Assembly: GCA_963837955.1 (NCBI GenBank)
Contig: CAWIPH010000002.1
Coordinates: forward strand, 3,168,001-3,232,000
Origin: an uncultured Verrucomicrobiae bacterium
GTDB lineage: Bacteria > Verrucomicrobiota > Verrucomicrobiia > Chthoniobacterales > JAFAMB01
Direction: 5' to 3'
DNA length: 64,000 bases
Position numbers and translations under genes: made by a program. Below are positions 1 to 9,766 of the stretch, one piece after another. The first letter of the stretch is position 1; every line of letters begins with the position of its first letter. A model generated the notes under the pieces. It was given only the letters and a program-made list of their open reading frames with translations. It was not told the origin of the DNA and did not search any database.

Positions 1-793
1 CCTCCGGCTCAGCGGTGGAAGGCTCTCTAACCTGATGGGCTACCGTTTCCGGATACGCGGCGAACAATAGGTCACCAGCCCTTTGCGACACCCAACCAGC
101 CACCATTTCATCCCTTCGAACCGACCCTTTATTGAGGTAACTCAACAGTTCATTTACCGTCACTTGTCGATCTCCTTCTTCGTCGGCTGCGCCATCGCGC
201 AGGCCACGGAGGATCGATTCGGTTAGGGCGGATTGGCCGGACCTGACAGCGACGTAGTGCGCACCAGCCAGGCAGAAGGAGAGATAGTCGCTAGTCGCAA
301 CGATGGCTTGGTCACGATTAGGCACATAAAATTTCAATCCGACATCCATCGGCCGGTCGCGATCAACCAAGATTTCTGGGCTGACAATGCTTCCGAACCG
401 GCCATCCAGGACGATGATCTGGCTTTTTGCCGCGGTTTCTTGCAGTTGCTGCTGTACGGACTCTGCCGCCAGAGCAGTATTCTGTAAGTCAGATCGATCG
501 GTCTCCCGGAGGGCCAGAAACAGCGTATCATCGCTCTGCTTTACTAAATGGCCGATAGCATACAGGAGCACCAGATCATCGGGGTCGCGGTTCGCTAGGA
601 GGTCGACGATCGCGGACCGGGCAGCTGCCAAGGTTGGATCAACTAAGACTGTGAGCGAGAACCCGCCAAATTCCCCAGATTGGAGCAGCTCGGTCAGCTC
701 TTTGAGATGCGCGGTGCTCTCCGCCACGCCCGGAAATTGCGGATCCGCGTAGCCGGTCGTCGCCATGAGTAGCCCCAAACGCTTGATAGCCAT
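1..793 (-). CDS. Caspase-like (peptidase C14 fold) domain protein, probably inactive; 3' end beyond window edge
   Basis: Not in ORF track. Manual translation from ATG at 793 is open to base 1: MAIKRLGLLMATTGYADPQFPGV...DPDDLVLLYAIGHL...IIVLDGRFGS...LTESILRGLRDGAADEEGDRQVTVNELLSYL. This matches the bacterial caspase layout, but the usual LD(C/A)C motif reads LDGR. Confidence 0.75.
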   Translation of the reverse strand, partial: MAIKRLGLLMATTGYADPQFPGVAESTAHLKELTELLQSGEFGGFSLTVLVDPTLAAARSAIVDLLANRDPDDLVLLYAIGHLVKQSDDTLFLALRETDRSDLQNTALAAESVQQQLQETAAKSQIIVLDGRFGSIVSPEILVDRDRPMDVGLKFYVPNRDQAIVATSDYLSFCLAGAHYVAVRSGQSALTESILRGLRDGAADEEGDRQVTVNELLSYLNKGSVRRDEMVAGWVSQRAGDLLFAAYPETVAHQVREPSTAEPE

Positions 794-1192
794 AACTGTT
801 GGCCTATATGCCAACTCTTGGACCACATAATTACATGATTCTCCAGCCTCGATGCTGGAGTTTTTCAAAAAAAGGGCTTTGGACCGCTCTAATAGTGATT
901 GGGACTAGAATCTTGATCGGGGTTAGAATCAGAAATAGTGCCAGTCAGTTCTGTGCTGGCATGGTCCGGACCCCGGGCAGCTAGATGACATGCCGCAGAG
1001 TCCACGTGGATGGGCCAGCCCGCTGGGCGTTCCATCTGTCCATAATTTTGTCCAAACCAAGTCGCCAACCGCGTCGCCCCTTTTTCGGGGTCGATCCGTG
1101 AGATTGGCGACATGCCTAGACTTCTGACATGTCTGGACGGGGTCCTCAACGGACGCCAGAGTTGTCAGCAATTCATCCCGGGACGCGCCAAC

Positions 1193-1438
1193 TCAATAAT
1201 AGCGCCAATGATGGTACGCCCAATACCGATGGCGCCAATACGGACGTCTATAATAAGCGTAACCGTAGGGGCCCCAGTAATAGCCCGGCGCATAATATCC
1301 GGGACCCGCATAATAGTTGGGCCCGTAAAACACCGGCACTGGAATCGGGAATCCGATAAACCACCCGGCCTTGGACGACTGAGGCGTCAGCATCCCAAGG
1401 GTGAAAACCACACCCAAGATCAGAAACCACTTTTTCAT
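1193..1438 (-). CDS. Small secreted Tyr/Trp/Gly/Pro-rich protein
   Basis: Signal peptide MKKWFLILGVVFTLGMLTPQSSKA followed by a 57-aa aromatic low-complexity region; ATG at 1438 preferred over 1456. Confidence 0.7.
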   Translation of the reverse strand: MKKWFLILGVVFTLGMLTPQSSKAGWFIGFPIPVPVFYGPNYYAGPGYYAPGYYWGPYGYAYYRRPYWRHRYWAYHHWRYY

Positions 1439-1670
1439 AATTGCATGATCAGACAACCAGATTCGACGTAGGTTGAGACGCGAATATTTAATTTTCGTTA
1501 CACTTTTTACTAAGAATCACGATTAATTTCCAGCTTGATGTGAGCGCCTGAACCCCTTGACGCAGAAGTGCAGAAAACATAGCTTCCCGCGAAATTGTCC
1601 TTTCCCGTTGCCGCCGGCAGGCTGCTTTCGGTTAACCGCTTTTCAGATTAATTGATCAATCGGCAAATCC

Positions 1671-3275
1671 ATGAGTGCTAGCAAACAGAACCTCGACGGC
1701 ATCGAAATCGCGGGACCGCTTTCCGACCACTTTAGAGAAATCCTGACGCCCGAAGCGCTTCAACTCGTCGCTAGACTACACCGGAACTTCAATGGGCGAC
1801 GCCAGGAGTTGCTGGAACGCCGAAACCGTCAGCAAGCTGAACTCGACAGCGGCAAGATTCCAGATTTTCTGCCGGAAACCGCGCAGATTCGGGCGGACAA
1901 TTGGAAAGTGGCTCCCATTCCGAAGGACATAACGGACCGACGGGTCGAGATCACCGGACCTACCGACCGCAAGATGGTGATCAACGCGCTAAACTCCGGT
2001 GCAAAGGTTTTTATGGCGGATTTCGAAGACGCCAATGCTCCCACTTGGCACAACATGGTTGATGGTCACGTCAATCTTCGCGACGCCATTCGACGAACAA
2101 TCGAATTTCAAAGCCCGGAAGGTAAAGCCTATCGGCTGAAAGATCAGTTGGCGGTCCTCTTTGTTCGGCCTCGAGGTTGGCATCTGATCGAAAAGCATCT
2201 GCTAGTGGACGGCGAGCCGGTAGCCGGTGGCCTTTTCGATTTCGGACTCTATCTATTTCACAACGCGAAAGAATTACTCTCCCGCGGTAGTGGCCCCTAT
2301 TTCTATTTACCTAAGATGGAAAGCCATCTTGAGGCGCGACTTTGGAACGATGTTTTCAACCTCGCTCAGGACGAAATCGGTATCCCGCGCGGCAGCATTC
2401 GCGCGACGGTGTTGATCGAGACGATCCTGGCCGCATTCGAAATGGATGAGATCCTATACGAACTGCGCGATCACTCGGCCGGTTTGAATTGCGGCCGGTG
2501 GGATTACATCTTCAGTTGTATCAAGCGATTCCGAAACAAACCTGACTTCATTCTAGCCGATCGCGCTTTGGTGACGATGACGACACATTTCATGCGGTCT
2601 TATTCGCTGTTGTGCATCAAGACCTGCCATCGTCGCGGCATTCACGCGATGGGAGGAATGGCAGCGCAGATTCCGATTAAGAATGATGAGAAGGCAAATG
2701 CTGAAGCATTCGCCAAAGTCAAAGCAGACAAGGAACGGGAAGCCAGCGATGGTCATGACGGTACCTGGGTCGCGCATCCGGGCCTCGTTCCGGTCGCTCT
2801 GGAGGCTTTCGACGCCGTTATGAAGACACCCAACCAGATCGACCGCAAACGAGAAGACGTCCAGGTCACTGCCAAAGATGTGCTGCAATTCGGTCCGGAA
2901 GAACCGATCACCGAAAAAGGCCTCCGGACAAATGTGAGCGTCGGTGTGCAATACCTAGAGGCGTGGCTCCGGGGGTCGGGAGCAGTACCAATCTTCAACC
3001 TGATGGAAGATGCGGCGACGGCGGAAATTTCGCGGGCGCAAGTCTGGCAGTGGATCCGGAGTCCGAAAGGAAAATTGGATGATGGAAGAAAAGTGACAGC
3101 GGACCTTTTTCGCAGCATTCTCGCTGAAGAACTGCAGAAGATTAAGACAAGCGTTGGTGAAGAACGCTTCGCCAAAGGCCGCTACGGTGAAGCATCCAAA
3201 CTGTTTTCTGATCTGACTACGAACGACACCTACGTCGATTTTCTCACTCTACCGGGCTACGAACTATTGCGTTAA
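1671..3275 (+). CDS. aceB: Malate synthase A
   Basis: 534 aa with [39 protein letters not shown] and [14 protein letters not shown] motifs. Confidence 0.97.
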   Translation: MSASKQNLDGIEIAGPLSDHFREILTPEALQLVARLHRNFNGRRQELLERRNRQQAELDSGKIPDFLPETAQIRADNWKVAPIPKDITDRRVEITGPTDRKMVINALNSGAKVFMADFEDANAPTWHNMVDGHVNLRDAIRRTIEFQSPEGKAYRLKDQLAVLFVRPRGWHLIEKHLLVDGEPVAGGLFDFGLYLFHNAKELLSRGSGPYFYLPKMESHLEARLWNDVFNLAQDEIGIPRGSIRATVLIETILAAFEMDEILYELRDHSAGLNCGRWDYIFSCIKRFRNKPDFILADRALVTMTTHFMRSYSLLCIKTCHRRGIHAMGGMAAQIPIKNDEKANAEAFAKVKADKEREASDGHDGTWVAHPGLVPVALEAFDAVMKTPNQIDRKREDVQVTAKDVLQFGPEEPITEKGLRTNVSVGVQYLEAWLRGSGAVPIFNLMEDAATAEISRAQVWQWIRSPKGKLDDGRKVTADLFRSILAEELQKIKTSVGEERFAKGRYGEASKLFSDLTTNDTYVDFLTLPGYELLR

Positions 3276-3315
3276 TGGGGCGCATTTTTCTCTGCGGCAC
3301 ACGATCCGTCGAGCA

Positions 3316-4197
3316 ATGTTAATTGACTTATCCGATCGAGCGAAGCTCCGGGTCACTGGCCCGGACCGAATCCGTTTTCTGAATGGGCAACTCACCAACG
3401 ACGTAACCAAACTACAACCCGGTTTTTCGGTTCATGCTTGCGCCCTATCCGCCAAAGGAAAGCTTTGCGGTGATCTATTCGTAATTCCATTAAACGACGC
3501 TGTCATTTTGGACTACGAACGGGCGCTGCGCGACTCGATACCAGCTCGTTTGGAGAAATACCTTATCGCAGACGAAGTCGAGCTCGAAGACGTCACCGAA
3601 CAATTCGCGCTGTTCCATGTTTGCAACACGGTGCTGCCAGACGCAATCCTGCCCGAAGCAACCATCACCGCCAGTAATCGCTTTGCCGTTGATGGCAAAG
3701 ATCTGCTCGTTCCAGTCACGTTAAAAAGCGTGGTGCCGAAGTTGCTAAAGGAAACACCTCTGACCGACGCGGAATTGGAGCAATTCCGGGTCGAGCAAGG
3801 AATACCGCGTTGGGGTGCTGAGCTTTCTGAGGAGGTTATCCCAAACGAAGCCGGCTTGGATGAGCGGGCCATCAGCTACACCAAAGGATGCTATTTGGGC
3901 CAAGAGATAATCAGCCGAATCAAGAGCGTCGGTCACGTGAACCGGCATCTGCGCGGGATTCTCCTGATAGACGGCCCGGATCTGCAACCTGGGGACCATC
4001 TCGTGCGGGATGACGGCAAACCAATCGGCACCGTGACAAGTGCCTGCCGTAGTGTTCACCTCGATGCCTGGATCGGACTCGCCTATCTAAGACGAGGCTT
4101 CGATCGGCCTGGCTCCGTTTATCCGGTTTCACGATCCACGACTTCTGGCTTGATTGGTAGCGCCGAAGTCCGCAGCCTTCCGTTCGTTCAATCATGA
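3316..4197 (+). CDS. ygfZ: YgfZ/GcvT-family folate-binding protein
   Basis: KGCYLGQE signature; N-terminal DLSDRAKLRVTGPDRIRFLNGQLTND. Confidence 0.9.
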   Translation: MLIDLSDRAKLRVTGPDRIRFLNGQLTNDVTKLQPGFSVHACALSAKGKLCGDLFVIPLNDAVILDYERALRDSIPARLEKYLIADEVELEDVTEQFALFHVCNTVLPDAILPEATITASNRFAVDGKDLLVPVTLKSVVPKLLKETPLTDAELEQFRVEQGIPRWGAELSEEVIPNEAGLDERAISYTKGCYLGQEIISRIKSVGHVNRHLRGILLIDGPDLQPGDHLVRDDGKPIGTVTSACRSVHLDAWIGLAYLRRGFDRPGSVYPVSRSTTSGLIGSAEVRSLPFVQS

Positions 4198-4802
4198 AAC
4201 GTCTTATCGTCTTTCTGGTCGCACTTTTTGTAGCCGATTCCGTCGTCCGCGCCGATGAAGTAGCAATTTTTGATCTGGAATGGGGGAAGGGTAAAGCACG
4301 GCAGACCCGCAGTTTCGTCATCGAATTCGACGAAGCTGCTGCACCTGCTACCGTCGCCAACTTCAAGAAACTCGTTCGCGATAAGTTCTATCTTAAGACC
4401 GCCATCCATCGCGTCATCCCGGACTACCTGGTTCAGGGCGGGGATCCGTTGAGCAAGAAGAAGGATCGAAATGTTATCGGCACTGGAGGACCGGGTTACA
4501 CCTTGCCACCTGAGATCCGCCTAAAGCATGTGCGCAGTGCCGTAGCCATGGGACGTTTACCGGATAACGTCAATCCCCAACGGCTCTCTAATGGGAGCCA
4601 GTTCTATGTTTGTTTGCGGCCCATCCCAACCCAAGACGGTAAGGACACTGTGTTCGGTCATGTTGTATCTGGGCTGGATGGGCTGACTGAGATTAGTCAC
4701 GCGGTAGCGGATACCAACGCTAACCCGGTCGACAAAATCGAAGTGAAGCGCGCCTATATATTTGACCGGTCTCAAACCGCGACTCCGCCCGCGAAACATT
4801 AG
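4194..4802 (+). CDS. Cyclophilin-type peptidyl-prolyl isomerase with signal peptide
   Basis: APATVANF, HRVIPDYLVQGGDP, GTGGPGY, SNGSQFY and TVFGHVVSG motifs; ATGA overlap with ygfZ. Confidence 0.93.
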   Translation: MKRLIVFLVALFVADSVVRADEVAIFDLEWGKGKARQTRSFVIEFDEAAAPATVANFKKLVRDKFYLKTAIHRVIPDYLVQGGDPLSKKKDRNVIGTGGPGYTLPPEIRLKHVRSAVAMGRLPDNVNPQRLSNGSQFYVCLRPIPTQDGKDTVFGHVVSGLDGLTEISHAVADTNANPVDKIEVKRAYIFDRSQTATPPAKH

Positions 4803-5067
4803 ACACAGAGCGCAAGTGCCGGGGCCCAGGATAGTGAGACCCGCTTCGGGAGTTCAACCCCAGCAACCAAACGGTGTAGCTGTCGCAAACATGACGTCTT
4901 GCCAATTTCTTTCGTTGCCGAAGAAAGGACCACGCGATTCGTCCAAAATCCCCTTGCGCGCTCGGACCCTGAGTTCTATATAGACTGCTCCGGTATTCAC
5001 GGATTCGCGATCAACCGCTTTCCGGCGCTGAACCGAGAACGGGCAAACGTGAACCGCAGATCGTTAA

Positions 5068-5151
5068 GGGTAGGTACCGAAGTGGCCAAACGGGGCAGAC
5101 TGTAAATCTGCTGGCTTTACGCCTTCAGTGGTTCGAATCCACTCCTGCCCA
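5068..5151 (+). tRNA. tRNA-Tyr (GTA), CCA not encoded
   Basis: GGGTAGG acceptor stem pairs with CCTGCCC; anticodon arm GCAGA-CTGTAAA-TCTGC; long variable arm; T-arm GGTTCGAATCC. Confidence 0.96.
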
Positions 5152-5490
5152 TACTTCGCCCCCTCGCAAGCTCGGCGGCTTCGTATGGCAAGCCATACTT
5201 TTCCCCGGCACGCCAATGACCCTTGACTGGGGCGAAGTATGCCCTTCGTAGCTCGGCGTCAGCCGAGCGTAGGAGGGCCTTCTCTCATCACTCCGTTGCG
5301 CTTTCTTCGCCGCCTCGTAAGCTCGGTGGCTTCCGACTCCGCTCAATTGTCGTACGCTCATGGAAGCGACGCCGGCTTCGTCGGACAAGTCGTATGGCAA
5401 GCCATTATCTACCTTGCCCACGGTCCGCTCTACCCATCGCAAGGCGAAGTATGCCCTTCTTAGCTCGGCGTTAGCCGAGCGCAGGAGGGC
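5150..5490. repeat. REP/BIME-like array of alternating palindromic units X-Y-X-Y directly after tRNA-Tyr
   Basis: Unit X is CTTCGCC..CTCG.AAGCTCGG.GGCTTCGTATGGCAAGCCAT (5154-5196, and 5305-5405 with an insert). Unit Y is GGCGAAGTATGCCCTTC.TAGCTCGGCGT.AGCCGAGCG.AGGAGGGC (5231-5278, 5443-5490). Degenerate Y and X copies lie at 6158-6171 and 6191-6215. Confidence 0.85.
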
Positions 5491-5713
5491 TTTCCCGCAA
5501 TTCCCGGGTTCGTTCGGATCGACTCGGCTATTTCGCTTTCTAGCTCGCCGTCCGTAGTCTCGCTGCATTTTTATTCAGGCCGTCTTCTTTTCGATGCGAA
5601 TCCCCGCAAAGAACGCGTCCGAAGCTACGCCAAATATATACAACAGAAATAGATTGTGTATTATTAAGTGCCGTGGACGACTCTAAGACCAAAGCGCTTA
5701 CAAGCCACCCGTC

Positions 5714-5956
5714 CTGCACTTCGTCTACATCATCGTTTCTATATCTCATCCAAAACGCTATTACGTCGGACTCACAAACAATGTTCGCCGGCGTCTGGGT
5801 CATCATAACCAAGGTATCGTGGGATCGACGGCACCGTTCAGGCCTTGGCGATTACGAACAGCCATCTGTTTCGCTAGACGGCATCGAGCTTCCGAATTCG
5901 AACGCTATTTGAAAACCGGTTCCGGTATCGCGTTCCTTAGGAAGCGATTTCTCTGA
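5714..5956 (+). CDS. GIY-YIG nuclease (YhbQ-like, ~80 aa); non-canonical CTG start or start-lost pseudogene
   Basis: Not in ORF track. Manual translation: (L/M)HFVYIIVSISHPKRYYVGLTNNVRRRLGHHNQGIVGSTAPFRPWRLRTAICFARRHRASEFERYLKTGSGIAFLRKRFL*. An in-frame TAA lies at 5684 and no ATG/GTG/TTG precedes the motif. Confidence 0.85.
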   Translation: MHFVYIIVSISHPKRYYVGLTNNVRRRLGHHNQGIVGSTAPFRPWRLRTAICFARRHRASEFERYLKTGSGIAFLRKRFL

Positions 5957-6490
5957 CTCCGTCGCTTCGCAACGGAAGCCTCGGATTTGGCGCGTGCTGC
6001 ATGAGAACGAACTTCGACCGGCTGGCGCTTGCGTAACGAAGTGCGCGACGCTTTCAGTTCCGGTAGCCCGCTCTCGTTAGATGACTGGTCGATTAAACTG
6101 AACTATTTCCTGTGGCTCGTTATGTCTTCTCTCCATTCTCCCATTTGTGTTTTCGTCGAGCGTAGTAGGGCTATCTCTTTGCTGTCGGCTTACTTCGCCC
6201 CCCTCGAAGCTAGGCGAACGTATCGGCCGCTTATCCAGAATGCCCAACAATCCCTTGGCTTCTGGACGAACTAATTTTGGGCACAAATTAAAAATTGTTG
6301 CCATGCTCCGCCTAATCTGATTTCCTCGGCCGTTTAGTCTTTCACTTAGGGGCCTGGGAACTTGCCACTGGGCGCTGGCAGCAGGCGCGATCTCACAAAT
6401 CGAGGATCGCGCTATCTGTAACAGGCTCGGTTGCATCTGTGGATCGCGCTATCGCGCGGGTGGTTTGTCTTAGGCTCCCAAAACCAATTG

Positions 6491-9310
6491 ATGGATGAAA
6501 TGCAAAGCTATTCCCTAATCCAACGAAATATACTGCTTGTTGTCCTTCTGCTTGCTCCGTTCTTGTATCAAACAAGTACCTATGCAGATGGAACCCCCAG
6601 GAATCTCGCCGACGGCCTGTACGAAATAGTTCAGGAGAGCCAAGCTTCCCCTGCCCTCCAGCAAAGTTTGGTTCGGAAGCCAACCGCGACGGATCGGCTA
6701 TCTAAGTTTGCTCTGAAGGATGAGCAAGGACGCTTCATGGTGGATGTCCACCTGGACGGAACCCGATCAATCGCGGCGGTGCGGGCGATGCTCCTATCGC
6801 AAAAAGATGTAACTTTTATCGCCGAAGATCATGCGTTCCAAGCGGGTACAATCGAGGCGTACATGACACCCGCAGCTGCTGCTGATCTCGCGCAAAAGCC
6901 CGGTATCGCGGCCCTTTCTTTGGTTTGGAAGCCGAGGTTAAACATTGGTGCGGTTACGACCCAGGGATTCATTCAACATCGGGTGAACGATATTGCGGGC
7001 AAGTATACCGGAGCCGGCGTCAAGGTGGGCGTGCTATCTGATAGTTATGACAGTTATGCATCCTCCGATCCCGCTCACGATGCAGCTGTCGATATTTCTA
7101 CCGGTGACTTGCCGGGCCCAGGTAACCCTTACGGAAATACGACGCCGGTTACTGTGCTTGATGACACGTTTGTGGGGGGTACCGACGAGGGAAGAGCAAT
7201 GCTGCAGATCGTGACAGATATCGCGCCCAAAGCGCAACTCGGGTTCGCTACTGCAGCTACCGGGTATATCCAATTTGCTAACAATATCCGCGCGCTAAAG
7301 GACAAATTCGGAGCCGACGTAATCTGCGATGACGTACAGTATTACGAGGAACCCATGTTCCAGGACGGCCCAATTGCCCAAGCCGTCGACTATGTAGCTT
7401 CTAAAGGAGTTGGCTATTTTTCGGCTGCAGGAAATTCGCCGGGAATCCAAGGATACGCTGCCACCTTTAATTGGGTCGATCCGACCCACCCAAAGGCCGC
7501 ATTAAAAGGCACCAACATTAACCTCACCGGTGTTGACCCGAGTCTGTATGCCGGCGGATTTCACAATTTTCGTACCGACGGCGGTCAAGATATTGCCCAG
7601 GAGCTGATGGGCGGATATTTCAGTTCCGGCGGTATGATCTTTCAGTGGAATGATCCTTATGCCTACGTGAGCTACCCTCTAGGCAAACTATTGTTGAATT
7701 CGACTGGCGACATCACCACCATCAACCAACAGGTTAGCTTTCCGTTGGACATGAAGGCAGCGAACACTTTGGTACAGATCGAACTCGGTCCAACCAAGGG
7801 TAGCGCGGTCAACGCCAATGTCGCCATTATTGACCCGAAGGGGAAGGAAATCTTTGTGGCTCAATCAAGGTATACGCCCCAAGAAGTGGCTCTACCTTTG
7901 TCCGGAACCTACACTGTCGTCGTTAGCGGAGCATTCGGCTCCCTGGGAGAATTCTACGTAAAAGTTAACAAGGTGAATGTGACTCCTTCGCCGCGCATCA
8001 GCTGCAACTATAATCTTCTCTTCTTCGACGAATATGGATCGTTCATCGCTGCAACTACGATGGATGCGATCGCGACAAAACAACCGGCCATGGCTATTGC
8101 CATCCCGGCGTATGGCAAATTCCAGCTCGTCATTGCGCGATCGAATATCCCGACTGGTCCGCATCCGGCGGATCAATTGCGATACGTGCTGGTGCAATCG
8201 ACCACCGTGCCGCTAGACTATTTCTCGTTCTCTAGCCCAACCACCTACGGCCATAGTTGCGCCAATGGGGCTAACGGGGTGGCTGCCTACAGTGCTTTTC
8301 GACCATTTGCTCCAGAACCTTATACCTCTCCGGGGCCGGCAACGATCTATTTTGACGACGAGAACAATAAGTTGAGTACGCCGGAAGTGCGACAACGGCC
8401 GAACTTCGCGGGCATGGATGGCGCCTATACGACTTTCTTTGGTAGTATGACTGGCCAGGATACCAGCACGTATCCGAACTTTTTCGGTACAAGCGCGGCG
8501 ACGCCGCACGCCGCAGCAATTGCCGCGTTAGTACTTGAAGCTCACGGCGGATCCGGTTCGGTAAGGCCGGAACAAATGCGGCAGATTTTGGAGAAAAGCA
8601 CATTCGATCATGCTCTCACCCCTTACTACGCGGAGGGTCTCGCCTATACTTCGGGCCGCACCGTTTTGATACAGGCCAATGGGGACGATAACACGGTCTC
8701 TGAAGATAATCCGGATCAGTACACCATTCAGCTTTTTGGCAAAGGATCCATTTCCTCTCTCTCCATCGATCTGCATGATGCCGATCCGACCGCCGGCAAT
8801 ATTTACAAAGCTTACCAGGGACAAGTTTTTGATCCCAGGCCCCAGAATCCGCAAAACGGAGCCGGTGGGTTTCCATTTACCGTTGGAAGTGACTCGGTGG
8901 GCATCACCAACTCGGACGTGACGGCAGCCTTTGATGAGCAAGCGCCGGCCCCCTCGGTGAAAGGGCAGTGCTATCGCGTGAAATTGAATTTCACTCCAAA
9001 TAAGTTAGTGAAAGGCGCCATTCTTCGGTTCGGTGTAGCCCGACTCGAACAACATTCTTCGTATTCGCCAACGCGCGGCGGCACGGGTGGAGGGACCACG
9101 AGCGGCGGCGGCGCGGCAGATCTTCTCGGCCAAGGCGTCCTCCTCCCAAGTGGACAGTTCGTCGGAATCGGAGCTGCATTTTCTGGAACCTTAGATGATG
9201 GAACCCCGTTCCAGGGAACCTTTACCAACAAGATTGGGCCAGGTTGGACGCCGGTTGATGGCTACGGATTCATCAACGCACAAAAGGCAGTGAGTGAACC
9301 GTTGCCCTGA
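6491..9310 (+). CDS. Secreted subtilase-clan (S8/S53-like) serine peptidase with inserted beta-sandwich (PPC-like) domain
   Basis: GVKVGVLSDS, TDEGRAMLQIVTDIAP, SAAGN, FFGTSAATPHAAAIAAL and C-terminal GYGFINA; hydrophobic signal after MQSYSL. Start uncertain (6431/6491/6500). Confidence 0.85.
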   Translation: MDEMQSYSLIQRNILLVVLLLAPFLYQTSTYADGTPRNLADGLYEIVQESQASPALQQSLVRKPTATDRLSKFALKDEQGRFMVDVHLDGTRSIAAVRAMLLSQKDVTFIAEDHAFQAGTIEAYMTPAAAADLAQKPGIAALSLVWKPRLNIGAVTTQGFIQHRVNDIAGKYTGAGVKVGVLSDSYDSYASSDPAHDAAVDISTGDLPGPGNPYGNTTPVTVLDDTFVGGTDEGRAMLQIVTDIAPKAQLGFATAATGYIQFANNIRALKDKFGADVICDDVQYYEEPMFQDGPIAQAVDYVASKGVGYFSAAGNSPGIQGYAATFNWVDPTHPKAALKGTNINLTGVDPSLYAGGFHNFRTDGGQDIAQELMGGYFSSGGMIFQWNDPYAYVSYPLGKLLLNSTGDITTINQQVSFPLDMKAANTLVQIELGPTKGSAVNANVAIIDPKGKEIFVAQSRYTPQEVALPLSGTYTVVVSGAFGSLGEFYVKVNKVNVTPSPRISCNYNLLFFDEYGSFIAATTMDAIATKQPAMAIAIPAYGKFQLVIARSNIPTGPHPADQLRYVLVQSTTVPLDYFSFSSPTTYGHSCANGANGVAAYSAFRPFAPEPYTSPGPATIYFDDENNKLSTPEVRQRPNFAGMDGAYTTFFGSMTGQDTSTYPNFFGTSAATPHAAAIAALVLEAHGGSGSVRPEQMRQILEKSTFDHALTPYYAEGLAYTSGRTVLIQANGDDNTVSEDNPDQYTIQLFGKGSISSLSIDLHDADPTAGNIYKAYQGQVFDPRPQNPQNGAGGFPFTVGSDSVGITNSDVTAAFDEQAPAPSVKGQCYRVKLNFTPNKLVKGAILRFGVARLEQHSSYSPTRGGTGGGTTSGGGAADLLGQGVLLPSGQFVGIGAAFSGTLDDGTPFQGTFTNKIGPGWTPVDGYGFINAQKAVSEPLP

Positions 9311-9362
9311 TTTAGCTCGTTGGTGACGCCTGATTTGAGAGTCAATCCGCTACCGAATTGAA

Positions 9363-9399
9363 GGCCGAACGCCGGTATTATTCTAACTGGCGTTTGGCC
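9363..9399 (+). terminator. Hairpin between convergent genes, probable terminator
   Basis: GGCCGAACGCCGGT ... ACTGGCGTTTGGCC stem. Confidence 0.5.
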
Positions 9400-9502
9400 C
9401 GACCTCTTTCCTGGCCGAACGGCTTGATCAGAACAAGGCAGATTTCACAACGATTTCTCAATGCGTATCTCTCCCCGGTTGCAGTACAGGCGGAAACGTT
9501 GC

Positions 9503-9766
9503 TTAAGCTGTCGATGCGCCCGTGAGCTTCAGAAAATAAGCGGATGCGTCATCTAGCTTTTCAAAAACAGAAATTTGCTCTGCATTGACCGGCCAGACGA
9601 ATCGCTCGAATCCATGGAAGTCGATTGCGTCTGCGGTTACCACTAGATACCTCGTAGAGAGGTCGTTAAGCCGAAGCAAGAAAACCGGTTCAGACTGCCG
9701 CTTCACTGAATAGACCTTGCCGTCTACGACTGTCGTACGCCGGGACATTTCTACACGCTCTGCCAT
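9503..9766 (-). CDS. Hypothetical protein
   Basis: 87-aa ORF with protein-like composition in an otherwise empty interval. Confidence 0.55.
   Translation of the reverse strand: MAERVEMSRRTTVVDGKVYSVKRQSEPVFLLRLNDLSTRYLVVTADAIDFHGFERFVWPVNAEQISVFEKLDDASAYFLKLTGASTA

Noticed and set aside
233..1171. Short ORFs in the track (233-487, 334-531, 387-752, 799-984, 889-1149, 929-1171)
   Set aside because: Shadows of the caspase-like gene or lacking recognisable protein features.
1671..3275. aceB without adjacent aceA
   Set aside because: Common arrangement; aceA may lie elsewhere in the genome.
5150..5490. Possible CRISPR array
   Set aside because: Only two alternating copies of two different units, irregular spacing and no cas genes; fits REP/BIME structure.
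5125..6436. ORFs 5125-5568, 5223-5474, 5540-5812, 5673-5912, 6029-6274 and 6077-6436
   Set aside because: They run through repeats or overlap the GIY-YIG frame; no motifs.
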